In this document: positions 1 through 8,951 of the stretch, piece by piece | How the letters are laid out: each line of letters begins with the position of its first letter | How positions within the stretch are numbered: position 1 is the stretch's first letter | DNA from: Octopus sinensis | Lineage: Eukaryota | NCBI RefSeq assembly: GCF_006345805.1 | Contig: NW_021827634.1 | Coordinates: forward strand, 1 to 10,065 | Reading direction: 5' to 3' | Length of the DNA: 10,065 bases | The notes under the pieces: generated by a model | What the model was told of the DNA's origin: nothing | Databases searched by the model: none | The model's input: the letters and a program-made list of their open reading frames with translations, nothing else | Position numbers and translations under genes: made by a program

Positions 1-502
1 TGCATGCGCAGTAGGCTTTAACGTTCTAGCTCACTTCTGCTATTTATAGCTCTACTTCAAAGGAAAGTGTGTGGCGTATGATGGTTGCATTGACCATGAC
101 AGGGAAAGTTATCATGGTGATTCCTACTCAGAGTTTCAGAAAGTGTATGGAGAAGAGTGTATGAGCCACACACAAGTGTACGAGCAGTTCAGACGTTTCC
201 AAGATGGCCGAAAATATGTAGATAGTGACGAACGTTCTGTGAGACCCGCAACCAGCAGAACGGAGAGAAACATCGCAGATGTGAGGGGGAATCGTCGAAT
301 CACTCTCTGTGAATTATCAGAAGATGTGCAGATTAGTTACGGTTCAGTTCAGTCCATTATCCCTGAAGATTTGGGTATGAGACGAGTGTCTGCTAAGTTT
401 CTGCCAAAATTGCTTTCAGCTGACCAAAAAGACACTCGAGTTTCAGTTGCAAACGATCTCCTTGATTCTGTCAAGAACGATGAAAACTTTTTTGAGAACT
501 AT
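1..502 (+). mobile_element. Tc1/mariner DNA transposon, 5' fragment (5' UTR plus N-terminal transposase), broken off at a SINE; left TIR is outside the window
   Basis: Translation FQKVYGEECMSHTQVYEQFRRFQDGR...DERSVRPATS...RRITLCELSEDVQISYGSVQSII.EDLGMRRVSAKFLPKLLSADQK resembles the mariner N-terminal HTH region plus a WVPHEL-type linker (KFLPKLL). Bases 1-110 align without gaps to the reverse complement of 1004-1113 (81/110 identical by hand count). Confidence 0.92.
96..502 (+). pseudogene. Mariner transposase pseudogene (DNA-binding half only, no DD34D domain)
   Basis: The probable original ATG is at 96 (MTGKV, matching MTEKV of the minus-strand copy). A ~31-nt deletion removes EQRICIKFCQKL and shifts the frame. 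Homology ends at NDENFFENY, just before where the first catalytic Asp (xGDETW) is expected. The GTG start at 71 in the ORF track is an artefact. Confidence 0.88.
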
Positions 503-506
503 GCGT

Positions 507-677
507 AGGTGCAGGAGTGGCTGTGTGGTAAGTAGCTTGCTAACCAACCACATGGTTCCGGGTTCAGTCCCACTGCGTGGCATCTTGGGCAAGTGTCTTC
601 TGCTATAGCCCCGGGCCGACCAATGCCTTGTGAGTGGATTTGGTAGACGGAAACTGAAAGAAGCCTGTCGTATATTA

Positions 678-721
<44 letters not shown>

Positions 722-945
722 ATGTGTGTGTGTTTGTGTGTCTGGTTTGTCCCCCTAGCATTGCTTGACAAACGATGCTGGTGTGTTTATGTCCGTAACT
801 TAGCGGTTCGGCAAAAGAGACCGAATAGAATAAGTACTGGGCTTACAAAGAATAATCCCGGGGTCGATTTGCTCGACTAAAGGCGGTGCTCCAGCATGGC
901 CGCAGTCAAATGACTGAAACAAGTAAAAGAGTAAAGAGTAAAGAG
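507..945 (+). mobile_element. tRNA-derived SINE, main family ('SINE-A'), full length
   Basis: A-box-like TGGCTGTGTGG, B-box-like GGTTCAGTCCC, CORE-like CTTGGGCAAGT, internal (TA)n(TG)n, 3' half with GTCGA-tttgc-TCGAC hairpin, and a GTAAAAGA-repeat tail. Closely similar to the copies at 1244, 3381 and 5911. Confidence 0.93.
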
Positions 946-1214
946 AGGCCTCTGGGCTGGTATCGCCAAGCTTTTGGCAAAATTTTATGCAGATTCTCTG
1001 CTCAACTTTCTCTGTCATGTTCAATGCGATGATCACACGCTACACGCATTCCTTCCTGGCGCTGTTGTAAACAGTAGATGTAAGCTAGAACGTTTATACT
1101 TAGTGCGCATACACAGCAGAATTCAAGGTCAATCTGTGCCGGGCGGCTTTCCTCTGCGTGCTTTAGCTTCGTTACTATGACAACAGTCCGGATATTTATT
1201 GATCAGACAATGTA
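946..1214 (-). mobile_element. Second mariner 5' fragment with intact-looking left TIR, 5' UTR and first ~24 codons
   Basis: Minus-strand ATG at 1018 gives MTEKVEQRICIKFCQKLGDTSPEA, a typical mariner start (EQR.CIKFC). The end reads TA-CATTGTCTGATCAATAAATATCCGGACTG on the minus strand, a mariner-like TIR next to a TA dinucleotide. Confidence 0.88.
1184..1214 (-). repeat. Mariner terminal inverted repeat (left end) with TA target dinucleotide
   Basis: cagtccggatatttattgatcagacaatgta; lies ~170 bp upstream of the transposase ATG and ends at TA. No partner TIR seen inside the window. Confidence 0.7.
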
Positions 1215-1243
1215 TACAGACACACACATACATACACACAAAT

Positions 1244-1658
1244 AGGCGTAGGAGTGGCTGTGTGGTAAGTAGCTTGCCTACCAACCACATGGTTCCGGGT
1301 TCAATCCCACTGCGTGGCATCTTGGGCAAGTGTCTTCTACTATAGCCTCGGGCCGACCAAAGCCTTGTGAGTGGATTTGGTAGATGGAAACTGAAAGAAG
1401 CTCGTCGTATATATGTATATATATATGTGTGTGTGTGTGTGTATGTTTGTGTGTCTGTGTTTGTCCCCCTAGCATTGCTTGACAACCGATGCTGGTGTGT
1501 TTACGTCCCCGTAACTTAGCGGTTCGGCAAAAGAGACCGATAGAATAAGTACTAGGCTTACAAAGATGAAGTCCCGGGGTCAGTTTGCTCGACTAAAGGC
1601 GGTGCTCCAGCATGGCCGCAGTCAAATGTCTGAAACAAGTAAAAGAAAAGAAAAAAAA
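1244..1658 (+). mobile_element. SINE-A, full length
   Basis: AGGCGTAGGAGTGGCTGTGTGGTAAG head through GTCAAATGTCTGAAACAAGTAAAAGA and an A-rich tail; same layout as 507-945. Confidence 0.93.
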
Positions 1659-1710
1659 TATAAACATTTCGGTTTACTCGCGAAATAAATTAGACGACTC
1701 TATCTGCTTT

Positions 1711-1892
<182 letters not shown>

Positions 1893-2138
1893 TGCATATG
1901 ATGTATTTTCTTCATAATTACCATTTACCGTATCTCCTTATATATTTATATACAAATCTTTAAAGTCACTTATCTGCCGTATAATGACTCGGATTCCCAC
2001 CCTCTTGTCTTTTAGATAACTTTGTCTTGTTCAGCCCCATAAGGTTTTTGTAATACCTTTTTTTAGTTTTAATGTTTCACCTAATTATATGCATGAACGG
2101 AAAGTAATTGCCCTCAATGTTTAAATAAATGCACCAAT

Positions 2139-2207
2139 TATCATCATCATCATCATCCTCATTATTATATTATTATTATTATTATTATTATTATTGTTAT
2201 ATTATTA

Positions 2208-2251
<44 letters not shown>
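2139..2251. repeat. Compound (CAT)n-(TAT)n microsatellite
   Basis: Directly visible. Confidence 0.95.
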
Positions 2252-2385
2252 GTTGTGTAGTCTATTTTCATTGTGTGTTTTCGCTATTCAGCCGACGACA
2301 GCTCACTGTGTCTTGGGTATCCTCAGTAATTTTCTTTATGTGATCGTGCACGTGTTTGGGCATGCGCTGAGTTTGTACATGAGCG

Positions 2386-2450
2386 GATATGTGTGTATAT
2401 TTGTGTGTGTGTGTGTGCGTGGGGTATATGTATGTGTTTCTGTGTATTTC

Positions 2451-2497
<47 letters not shown>

Positions 2498-2498
2498 A
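2386..2498. repeat. (TG)n plus (GCGT)n simple repeats
   Basis: Directly visible; about 11 GCGT units at ~2452-2497. Confidence 0.9.
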
Positions 2499-2527
2499 TG
2501 TATTTTTTTCTATCGTTTTCAAAGGAC

Positions 2528-2633
2528 CCTACTATAGCAGAAGACACTTGCCCAAGGTGCCATGCAGTGGGACCGAACCCGGAACCATGTGGTTGGTAAG
2601 CAAGCTACTGACCACACAGCCACTCCGGCGCCT
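2528..2633 (-). mobile_element. SINE-A head only (3'-truncated), antisense
   Basis: Reverse complement reads AGGCGCCGGAGTGGCTGTGTGGTCAGTAGCTTGCTTACCAACCACATGGTTCCGGGTTCGGTCCCACTGCATGGCACCTTGGGCAAGTGTCTTCTGCTATAG. Confidence 0.92.
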
Positions 2634-2920
2634 ATTAACTATAGCTACAAATTTTCTATGGCTATTTCGACTTTCCTCAGTTTTCTTCAGATATTGTCAA
2701 CGACTCAGCTTTTCTTTGCATTGTTTTACTACGGCATTGCATCATACATTTTTGCTTTTAGTGTTTCCATTTTAGCGATTTAGTGTTTTCACAATTTCTC
2801 TTGTTGTTTCTCCTTTTCTCACAATTGACCGCCATTTCAACTTCGATTTATACTTACTTTCTGGCATCCTTAAAGACAGAAAACATCGGCTTTGTTGGCA
2901 TTTTGTAGTTTTGCCTCTAT

Positions 2921-3078
2921 GAGTGGCTGTGTAGTAAGTAGCTTGCTTACGAACCACATGGTTCCAGGTTCAGTCCCACTGAGTGGCACCTTGGGCAAGT
3001 GTCTTCTACTATAGCCTCGGACAGACCAAAGCCTTGTGAGTGGATTTGGCAGACGGAAACTGAAAGAAGCCCGTCGTA

Positions 3079-3135
<57 letters not shown>
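2921..3135 (+). mobile_element. SINE-A left half, ending in (TA)n; 3' half missing
   Basis: GAGTGGCTGTGTAGTAAG...GAAAGAAGCCCGTCG followed by (TA)n. Confidence 0.9.
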
Positions 3136-3137
<2 letters not shown>

Positions 3138-3139
3138 AT

Positions 3140-3281
3140 CCCGACCACGGATTGCACCCAGAAAGTTACCCTCCCACGCCACACGCCGGGCAAGTTGTTT
3201 ATGGAAGCCCAGCAGTCGCCCATGCACGCCAGCCTCTCCTCTCCACGCCACCAGTGTTATCTAAGGGAAAGGGCAAAGATA
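3140..3281 (-). mobile_element. Probable 3' part of the second SINE type ('SINE-B') whose head is at 3788-4064
   Basis: GC-rich island in AT-rich DNA. Minus strand starts ATCTTTGCCCTTTCCCTTAGATAACACTGGTGGCGTGG. It shares AAAGATA with the break at 3788, so the two pieces join cleanly. Family continuity is recalled, not computed. Confidence 0.6.
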
Positions 3282-3380
3282 AAAAAAATGAATATACTGG
3301 AGATAATGAGAAAAAACAAATATAAAACAAAACAATAAAAAAAAAGGAAAAGTATGTAGAAAGAAAAAGAAGAAGACAGA

Positions 3381-3780
3381 TGTGCAGGAGTGGCTGTGTG
3401 GGTAAGTAGCTTGCTAACAACCACATGGGTCCGGTTCAGTCCCACTGCGTGGCATCTTGGGCAAGTGTCTTCTGCTATAGCCTCGGGCCGACCAATGCCT
3501 TGTGAGTGGATTTGGTAGACGGAAACTGAAAGAAGCCTGTCGTATATATGTATATATAATGTATGCGTGTGTGTTTGTGGTTGTGTTTGTCCCCCTAGCA
3601 TTGCTTGACAACCGATGCTGGTGTGTTTACGTCCCCGTCACTTAGCGGTTCGGCAAAAAGAGACCGATAGGATAAGTACTGGGCTTACAAAGAATAAGTC
3701 CCGGGGTCGATTTGCTCGACTAAAGGTGGTGCTCCAGCATGGCCGCAGTCAAATGACTGAAACAAGTGAAAGAATGAATG
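3381..3780 (+). mobile_element. SINE-A, full length, apparently nested inside SINE-B
   Basis: GCAGGAGTGGCTGTGTGGG head to GTCAAATGACTGAAACAAGTGAAAGA and a (GAAT)n tail. Confidence 0.93.
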
Positions 3781-3787
3781 AACGTTG

Positions 3788-4064
3788 AAAGATACAGCTT
3801 GGCACCTGTGACGTCGCAACTCATTTCTACAGCTGAGTGAACTGGAACAACATGAAATAAAGTGCCTTGCTCAAGAACACAACACGTGAAATAAAGTGCC
3901 TTGGTCAAGAACACAACACGTGAAATAAAGTGCCTTGCTCAAGAACACAACACGTGAAATAAAGTGTCTTGCTCAAGAAAACAACACCTAGCCTGGTCCG
4001 GGATTCGAACTCACAACTTCACGATCGTAAGCTCGACGCTCTAACCACTGAGCCATGCACCTTC
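3788..4064 (-). mobile_element. SINE-B 5' part: tRNA-like head plus CORE-like domain
   Basis: Minus strand GGTGCATGGCTCAGTGGTTAGAGCGTCGAGCTTACGATCGTGAAGTTGTGAGTTCGAATCCCGGACC has a consensus A box, a GCTC/GAGC D stem and B box GAGTTCGAATCC. It is followed by GTGTTGTGTTCTTGAGCAAGGCACTTTA...CCAGTTCACTCAGCTGTAGAAATGAGT, which is CORE-SINE-like. Confidence 0.88.
3853..3987. repeat. 4 x 34-bp tandem repeat within SINE-B
   Basis: Unit TGAAATAAAGTGCCTTGCTCAAGAACACAACACG starts at 3853, 3887, 3921 and 3955; no spacers. Confidence 0.97.
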
Positions 4065-4385
4065 AATAACTAAGACAAGTAGAAGATGAAGGCCCATAGA
4101 TGCCTGTTGTCTTCAATTTTGTATTTACGTACATTGCTTTTGAGTATCAATGTAATATGTCTGTGTTATCTCTTCGTTACTTTTTCTTCAATTTGTGTGT
4201 AGTGATATGAGTCTAATTTGTTAAATTAAATCCTAAGTATTTATAAATCTTTCTATAGTTTAATTCTCTTATCTTCGTTTCTTTGTCTAACATGAAATTA
4301 GTATTTTTTTTTTTAGTTAATTTTCCTCTCTTCAAGCTGGCCTTGGTAATTTTTTTCCTGATTAGAATTCATATCTTAATTCCTC

Positions 4386-4404
4386 GTGTGTGTGTGTGTG
4401 TGTA

Positions 4405-4440
<36 letters not shown>

Positions 4441-4513
4441 TGTTGTGTGTGTGTCTGTGTCTGTATGTGCTGTGTGTGTGTGTGTGTGTGTGTGTCTGTG
4501 TGTGTCTGTGTGT

Positions 4514-4554
<41 letters not shown>

Positions 4555-4572
4555 TGAGTGTGACCGTGTGTG
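4386..4572. repeat. Long imperfect (TG)n / (TGTC) microsatellite
   Basis: Directly visible; probably the expanded internal repeat of the SINE whose 3' half follows. Confidence 0.95.
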
Positions 4573-4574
4573 TT

Positions 4575-4770
4575 CCTTGTTTTTTTGCCCTCGCAACACC
4601 ATTTGACCAACCGGTGTTGCTGTATTTATGTCCCTGTAACATAACAGTTCGGCTACTGAGACTAACGGAGTAAGTACTATGATCGATTTCTTCGACTAAA
4701 ACACTTCAAAGCGGCGATCCAGCCTGGCCGCAATCCCAAAAAATCTGAGACAAGTAAAAGATTAAAAGAT
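4575..4770 (+). mobile_element. Diverged SINE-A-related 3' half (older copy or subfamily)
   Basis: CAACCGGTGTTGCTGTATTTATGTCCCTGTAAC...GATCGATTTCTTCGACTAAA...CCAGCCTGGCCGCA...GAGACAAGTAAAAGA aligns to the 3' half of the other copies. Confidence 0.82.
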
Positions 4771-5910
4771 GAAAAAAAAAAATAAATAAAGATTCAAAAT
4801 GATAAAAAAAACAAAAACAGCAATCCCACCGTGACAACAACGACGACGGGCGGCCACGATCATGACCACGGCCACGAGGAAACAGACAAGATACAAGACG
4901 TGTTGAACGGCGGGCCGTAGACTGTCAGACTCCAACGACAAAACAGTTTCCCTTCGAGCTACCATGCTGATTTAATGGCGCTCACAATTGCTAGCTATTT
5001 CCTTCATCGTCCTCTTATTACCTCATGTAAGTTTATTTCATCATCGTCCTTCTTTCAACGTATCTATCTTTTTTTTTCTTTATTTCATACTGTTCCTTTT
5101 TTTTAATTGTTTGTTTCTATATTTGTTGTTTCTTCATTATCTCCAGTATATTAATTTTTTTTATTTTTATATCATCTTATATAGGTTGTTTTTGTGGAAG
5201 ATGATTTTTGTTGCTTTTTCGTAATTTCGTTTCTTCAAGCAAACAGTTTATTTATTTTCTATATTTATCTGTTTTATAGCTTTTTTCTCGCCTTCTTTCT
5301 TTATTCGTCTACTCGAGTTTCTCAATTTTTCTTTCTTTTACTCTTACTTTCCCGATTTCCTTGTTCTCTTTCAATAATTACTCATGTGTGTGTCTGTGGA
5401 GTATATATACACACATATAATTATCAAATATACATACATATATCATACATGCACACATATATTCACATACATATACATAGATCAAAAAAGTCCACCTCAT
5501 TACTTAATTCCAGATCTGAAATTTTTAACAAATGCAAGCACATGGACAAATTTCTTTTGTCGAAATGCAGAACCCTAGCCTAACCAGATTCAGTAGCTAT
5601 CTCACAAACTTTGGTCTTCTTTCTCTTATATTATTCTTCACTAGCTAGATAAATTATGATTTTCGTAGACAAAGAGGACGACAATCTCAGTTTCTTTTTA
5701 CTTTTCTTTATTTTTTCCTCGTTCTACTTTTAACATGAACCTTCTTCACGTTTTTCTCATGGGTTTTCTTATGTTTTTCATAGACCAGCGTCCTGGTTTT
5801 CAAACAGGTCTAACGATATACACTGAACCTGAATGAATGCTTGGAGACACATGGCATGTTATATTAATCTGCAGCATGATACTACTAGTAGCCCTTTCTC
5901 AGTTGAATAT

Positions 5911-6259
5911 GTGGCACCTTGGGTAAATGTCTTCTACTATAGCCTCGGGCCGACCAAAGCCTTGTGGGTGGATTTGGTAGACGGATACTGAAAGAAGCCC
6001 GTCGTATATATGTATATATATATATGTATATATATATGTGTGTGTGTGCATGTTTGTGTGGCTGTGTTTGTCCGCCCAATATCGCTTGGCAACCGATGTT
6101 GGTGTGTTTACGCCCCCGTAACTTAGCGGTTCGGCAAAATAGACCGATAAAATAAATGCTAGGCTTACAAAGATAAGTCCTGGGGTCGATTTGCTCGACT
6201 AAAGGCGGTGCTCCAGCATGACCACAGTCAAATGACTGAAACAAGTAAAGGAGAAAAGA
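5911..6259 (+). mobile_element. SINE-A, 5'-truncated (no tRNA head)
   Basis: Starts at GTGGCACCTTGGGTAAATGTCTTC and runs to GACTGAAACAAGTAAAG. Confidence 0.92.
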
Positions 6260-6466
6260 TATATATATATATAATATATATAATATATATATATAATATA
6301 GAATATATATATATATATATATGTAGTATATGTATATGTAATATACATATATAATATATGTATGTATGTATGTATGTATATGTATATGTATAATATATCT
6401 ATATATATTATATATATATATATATATTATATATACATATACACACACATACATACATACATACAC
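6260..6466. repeat. (TA)n / (TATG)n / (CATA)n compound microsatellite
   Basis: Directly visible. Confidence 0.95.
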
Positions 6467-7053
6467 ATCTTATGGCAATCTATCATAGCAAAATTGTGAA
6501 CATCTGTGTGAGAAAACTGACCGATTTAATTATATTGATATTTGGAAGGAAAAAATGCCTTGTGGTATTTCTAAAACTCGATTTACTCAGACAATCCACT
6601 CTGACATTTGTCATCTTTTAAATACTGTGAACGAATGGCACGTCGATTGGATACTCATAACCAACGGCGCTATTATTCTCAAATTGTGATATAACAGTTT
6701 TAAAAAGCAAACGCACTAAATCACTTCTTGGCCTGTTCGCTGTCTGTGCGTTCGCTGTTGTTGGCGGATGAAGCTATTTAGATAAGGGTGAGATGGTGAG
6801 TTTACGCAGTATCTCTTACAATACAGCTAACTCGGAATTTATTCGAAGTTAATAGCGATAAGCGTGGTGAATGAACGAAGGAAGCGAGAAATAAATGATT
6901 GAGAATGAAAGAGAATGAAAGAGTGAATGACAAGAGTGAATGAACTTCAATATCTAAGGAATCTATTGATTACAATGGCGTACAATAAGAAGACGAACTG
7001 AATCACGACTTCTTTAGTGATCGGTTTCAAGGTCAGTGGATCTCTTTGGGTTT

Positions 7054-7300
7054 GAGGCAGCGAATTGGACTGGGTCTTTCGAACGTCGGATACGACTCCC
7101 ACTCACGATATTTGTTACTATCCTCTACTCACCGAGTTCGAACCCCGTTGAGATCAACTTTGCCTTTTATACTTTCGGGATCCATGAATAAAGACCCAAT
7201 CGTGTACAACAGGTTGGCGGGACTAAGAGAAGGTAATGCCGAATGCTTTGCAGCGTTTGTTTCGGTTCTTTGCATCCTGTGTTCAAATCCCGCCATGGTC
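7054..7300 (+). mobile_element. Two tandem, highly diverged heads of a third tRNA-derived SINE type ('SINE-C')
   Basis: B-box-like GAGTTCGAACCCCGTTGAGATC (7134) and GTGTTCAAATCCCGCCATGGTC (7279) lie 145 bp apart and resemble each other. The first is followed by ACTTTGCCTTTTATACTTTCGGG, which I recall as an octopus SINE body motif. Confidence 0.5.
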
Positions 7301-7399
7301 TATGTTAGATGGTAGACTTCATCCTCTTGGCATTTACATGTCTTTAGCAGAGCCCACTCTGTTGAAACTGTTCAGGCCAAGTCGCCCATTTAAAGATAC

Positions 7400-7478
7400 T
7401 TTCCTTCCTTCCTTCCTTCCTTCCTTCCTTCCTTCCTTCCTTCCTTCATTCATTCATTCATTCATTCATTCTTTCTTT
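7400..7478. repeat. (TTCC)n-(TTCA)n compound microsatellite
   Basis: Directly visible. Confidence 0.95.
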
Positions 7479-7615
7479 CCTCCCACTCATCCTTCTTCCC
7501 TCCACCCCACTAGTCTCGGAGGCCCTACAAAGGGTCATGGGTACTGGCTCCCTTTCTGATAATATGATAAAACAAAAAAGCTGGAGTAATACGAAAATGT
7601 TACTTAACAGATATC

Positions 7616-7686
7616 ATGGCCGAATGGTTCAGAAGTTCGTTACCCGAATCGCGTGGATCCAGTTTCGATGCTACTGCATGACATTT
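7616..7686 (+). mobile_element. Old, degenerate SINE-A-like head directly in front of the next copy
   Basis: ATGGTTCAGAAGTTCGTTACCCGAATCGCGTGGATCCAGTTTCGATGCTACTGCATGACA aligns colinearly with GTGGTAAGTAGCTTGCTTACCAACCACATGGTTCCGGGTTCAGTCCCACTGCGTGGCA. Confidence 0.5.
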
Positions 7687-7689
7687 CAT

Positions 7690-8163
7690 AGGCTTAGATG
7701 TGAATGTGTGGTAAGTAGCTTGCTTACCAACCACATGGTTCTGGGTTCAGTCCCACTGCGCGGCACTTTGGGCAAGTGTCATCTGCTCCAGCCTCGGGCT
7801 AACCAAAGCCTTAGGGGTGGATTTTGTTGAAGGAAACTGAAAGAAGCCTGTCGTGTGTGTGTGCATATGTGTGTATGTGTATGTGTGTGTGTGTGTGTGT
7901 GTGTATGTGTGTGTGTGTGTGCGCGTGTGGTGTGTGTGTGTGTGTGTGTGTGGTGTGTGTGTGTGTGGTGCGCGCGCAGATGTGTGTGTGTGTGTGTGTC
8001 CTTCTCCACCGCTTACCAACCGATAATCGATTCGGCAAAAGAGTATGGAGTACCAGGCTTAAAAGAAAAAAAAAGTTCTGGGATCGGTTCATGCCACCAA
8101 AACAAATTCTTCAAGGCGATGACCCAGCATGGCCGCAGACTAATGCCTAAAACAAATAAAAGA
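7690..8163 (+). mobile_element. SINE-A-like element: well-conserved left half, long (TG)n, diverged 3' half
   Basis: TGTGTGGTAAGTAGCTTGCTTACCAACCACATGG...GAAAGAAGCCTGTCG, then (TG)n at ~7852-7998, then CAACCGAT...TTCGGCAAAA...CTTCAAGGCGATGACCCAGCATGGCCGCAG...AAACAAATAAAAGA. Confidence 0.88.
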
Positions 8164-8434
8164 CAGAAAATAAAAGAGACAAACTCTAACGGACGCAACT
8201 AATGGAATGGCTCAGATAAACATTTAGCATTATTATATTGCGTGGGATAATATTTAGCCGGATAATAGGTTTTCAGATAAAAGAATTTGCATTATTAGGT
8301 TCCAGTGACGTGTGGCGTTGGTTGGATGTCGGTTATTTTCTTTGGATCTTCAGAATCATAATTACAGAAGGAAAATAAGTGAGAAGTAGACGAAAAACAA
8401 TAAACGATTTTATCATAGTATTGAGGAAGAAAGT

Positions 8435-8742
8435 GTACATACACAGACACACACACGCACACACACACACACACACGTGAACACATACACATATACATTC
8501 ATACATAAACACATATACATTATATCATTACATGTTCGGGGTGTGTTTGTGCGTGTATATATAATATATATATATATATATAAAATTATTATATAGAAAT
8601 GCATATACGCACACATACATATACACACGCGCCACACACACACAATATATATACATATATATATATATATATAATATATATATATATGTATGTATGTATA
8701 TTTGTACACACACTTATACATATACTTATACATATATAAACA
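8435..8742. repeat. (CA)n/(TA)n low-complexity block
   Basis: Directly visible. Confidence 0.9.
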
Positions 8743-8797
8743 GTGTGAGACAAAGAGAAAACAAGAAGAGTGTTGAGGATGGAGAGAGGAGGAGGCG

Positions 8798-8951
8798 GAA
8801 GAAGAAGAAGAAGAAAAAGAAGAAGAAGAAGAAGAAGAAGAAGAAGACGAAGAAGAAGAAGAAGAAGAAGAAGAAGAAGAAGAAGAAAATAAGAAGAAGA
8901 AGAAGAACAACAACAACAACAACAACCACAACAACAACGACGACGACGACG
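8798..8951. repeat. Compound trinucleotide repeat (GAA)n-(CAA)n-(CGA)n
   Basis: About 36 mostly pure GAA units (8798-8907) grading into CAA, then CGA. Confidence 0.96.

Noticed and set aside
71-508. Intact 145-aa transposase gene
   Set aside because: The true start (96) is out of frame after a deletion, the catalytic domain is absent, and the stop comes from the SINE junction.
2632-2700. Second hammerhead-like motif on the minus strand (CUGAAGA...GAAA with a 5-bp stem III)
   Set aside because: Stem II would open with an A-C mismatch and has at most 3 pairs, and stem I cannot form in register. Likely chance.
3853-3987. CRISPR array (34-bp repeats)
   Set aside because: The repeats are contiguous with no spacers, there are no cas genes, and the context is eukaryotic.
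3990-4062. tRNA gene (minus strand)
   Set aside because: The A/B boxes and D stem are good, but the acceptor, anticodon and T stems pair poorly and the sequence runs directly into a CORE-like SINE body. It is a SINE head, and the parent tRNA (Arg-ACG or Val-TAC reading) is ambiguous.
4988-5583. Hydrophobic Phe/Leu-rich ORFs as membrane proteins
   Set aside because: They arise from T-rich low-complexity DNA with no recognisable motif.
8320-8360. CUGAAGA...GAAA on the minus strand
   Set aside because: No stem II (UCCAAA) and no stem I or III pairing.
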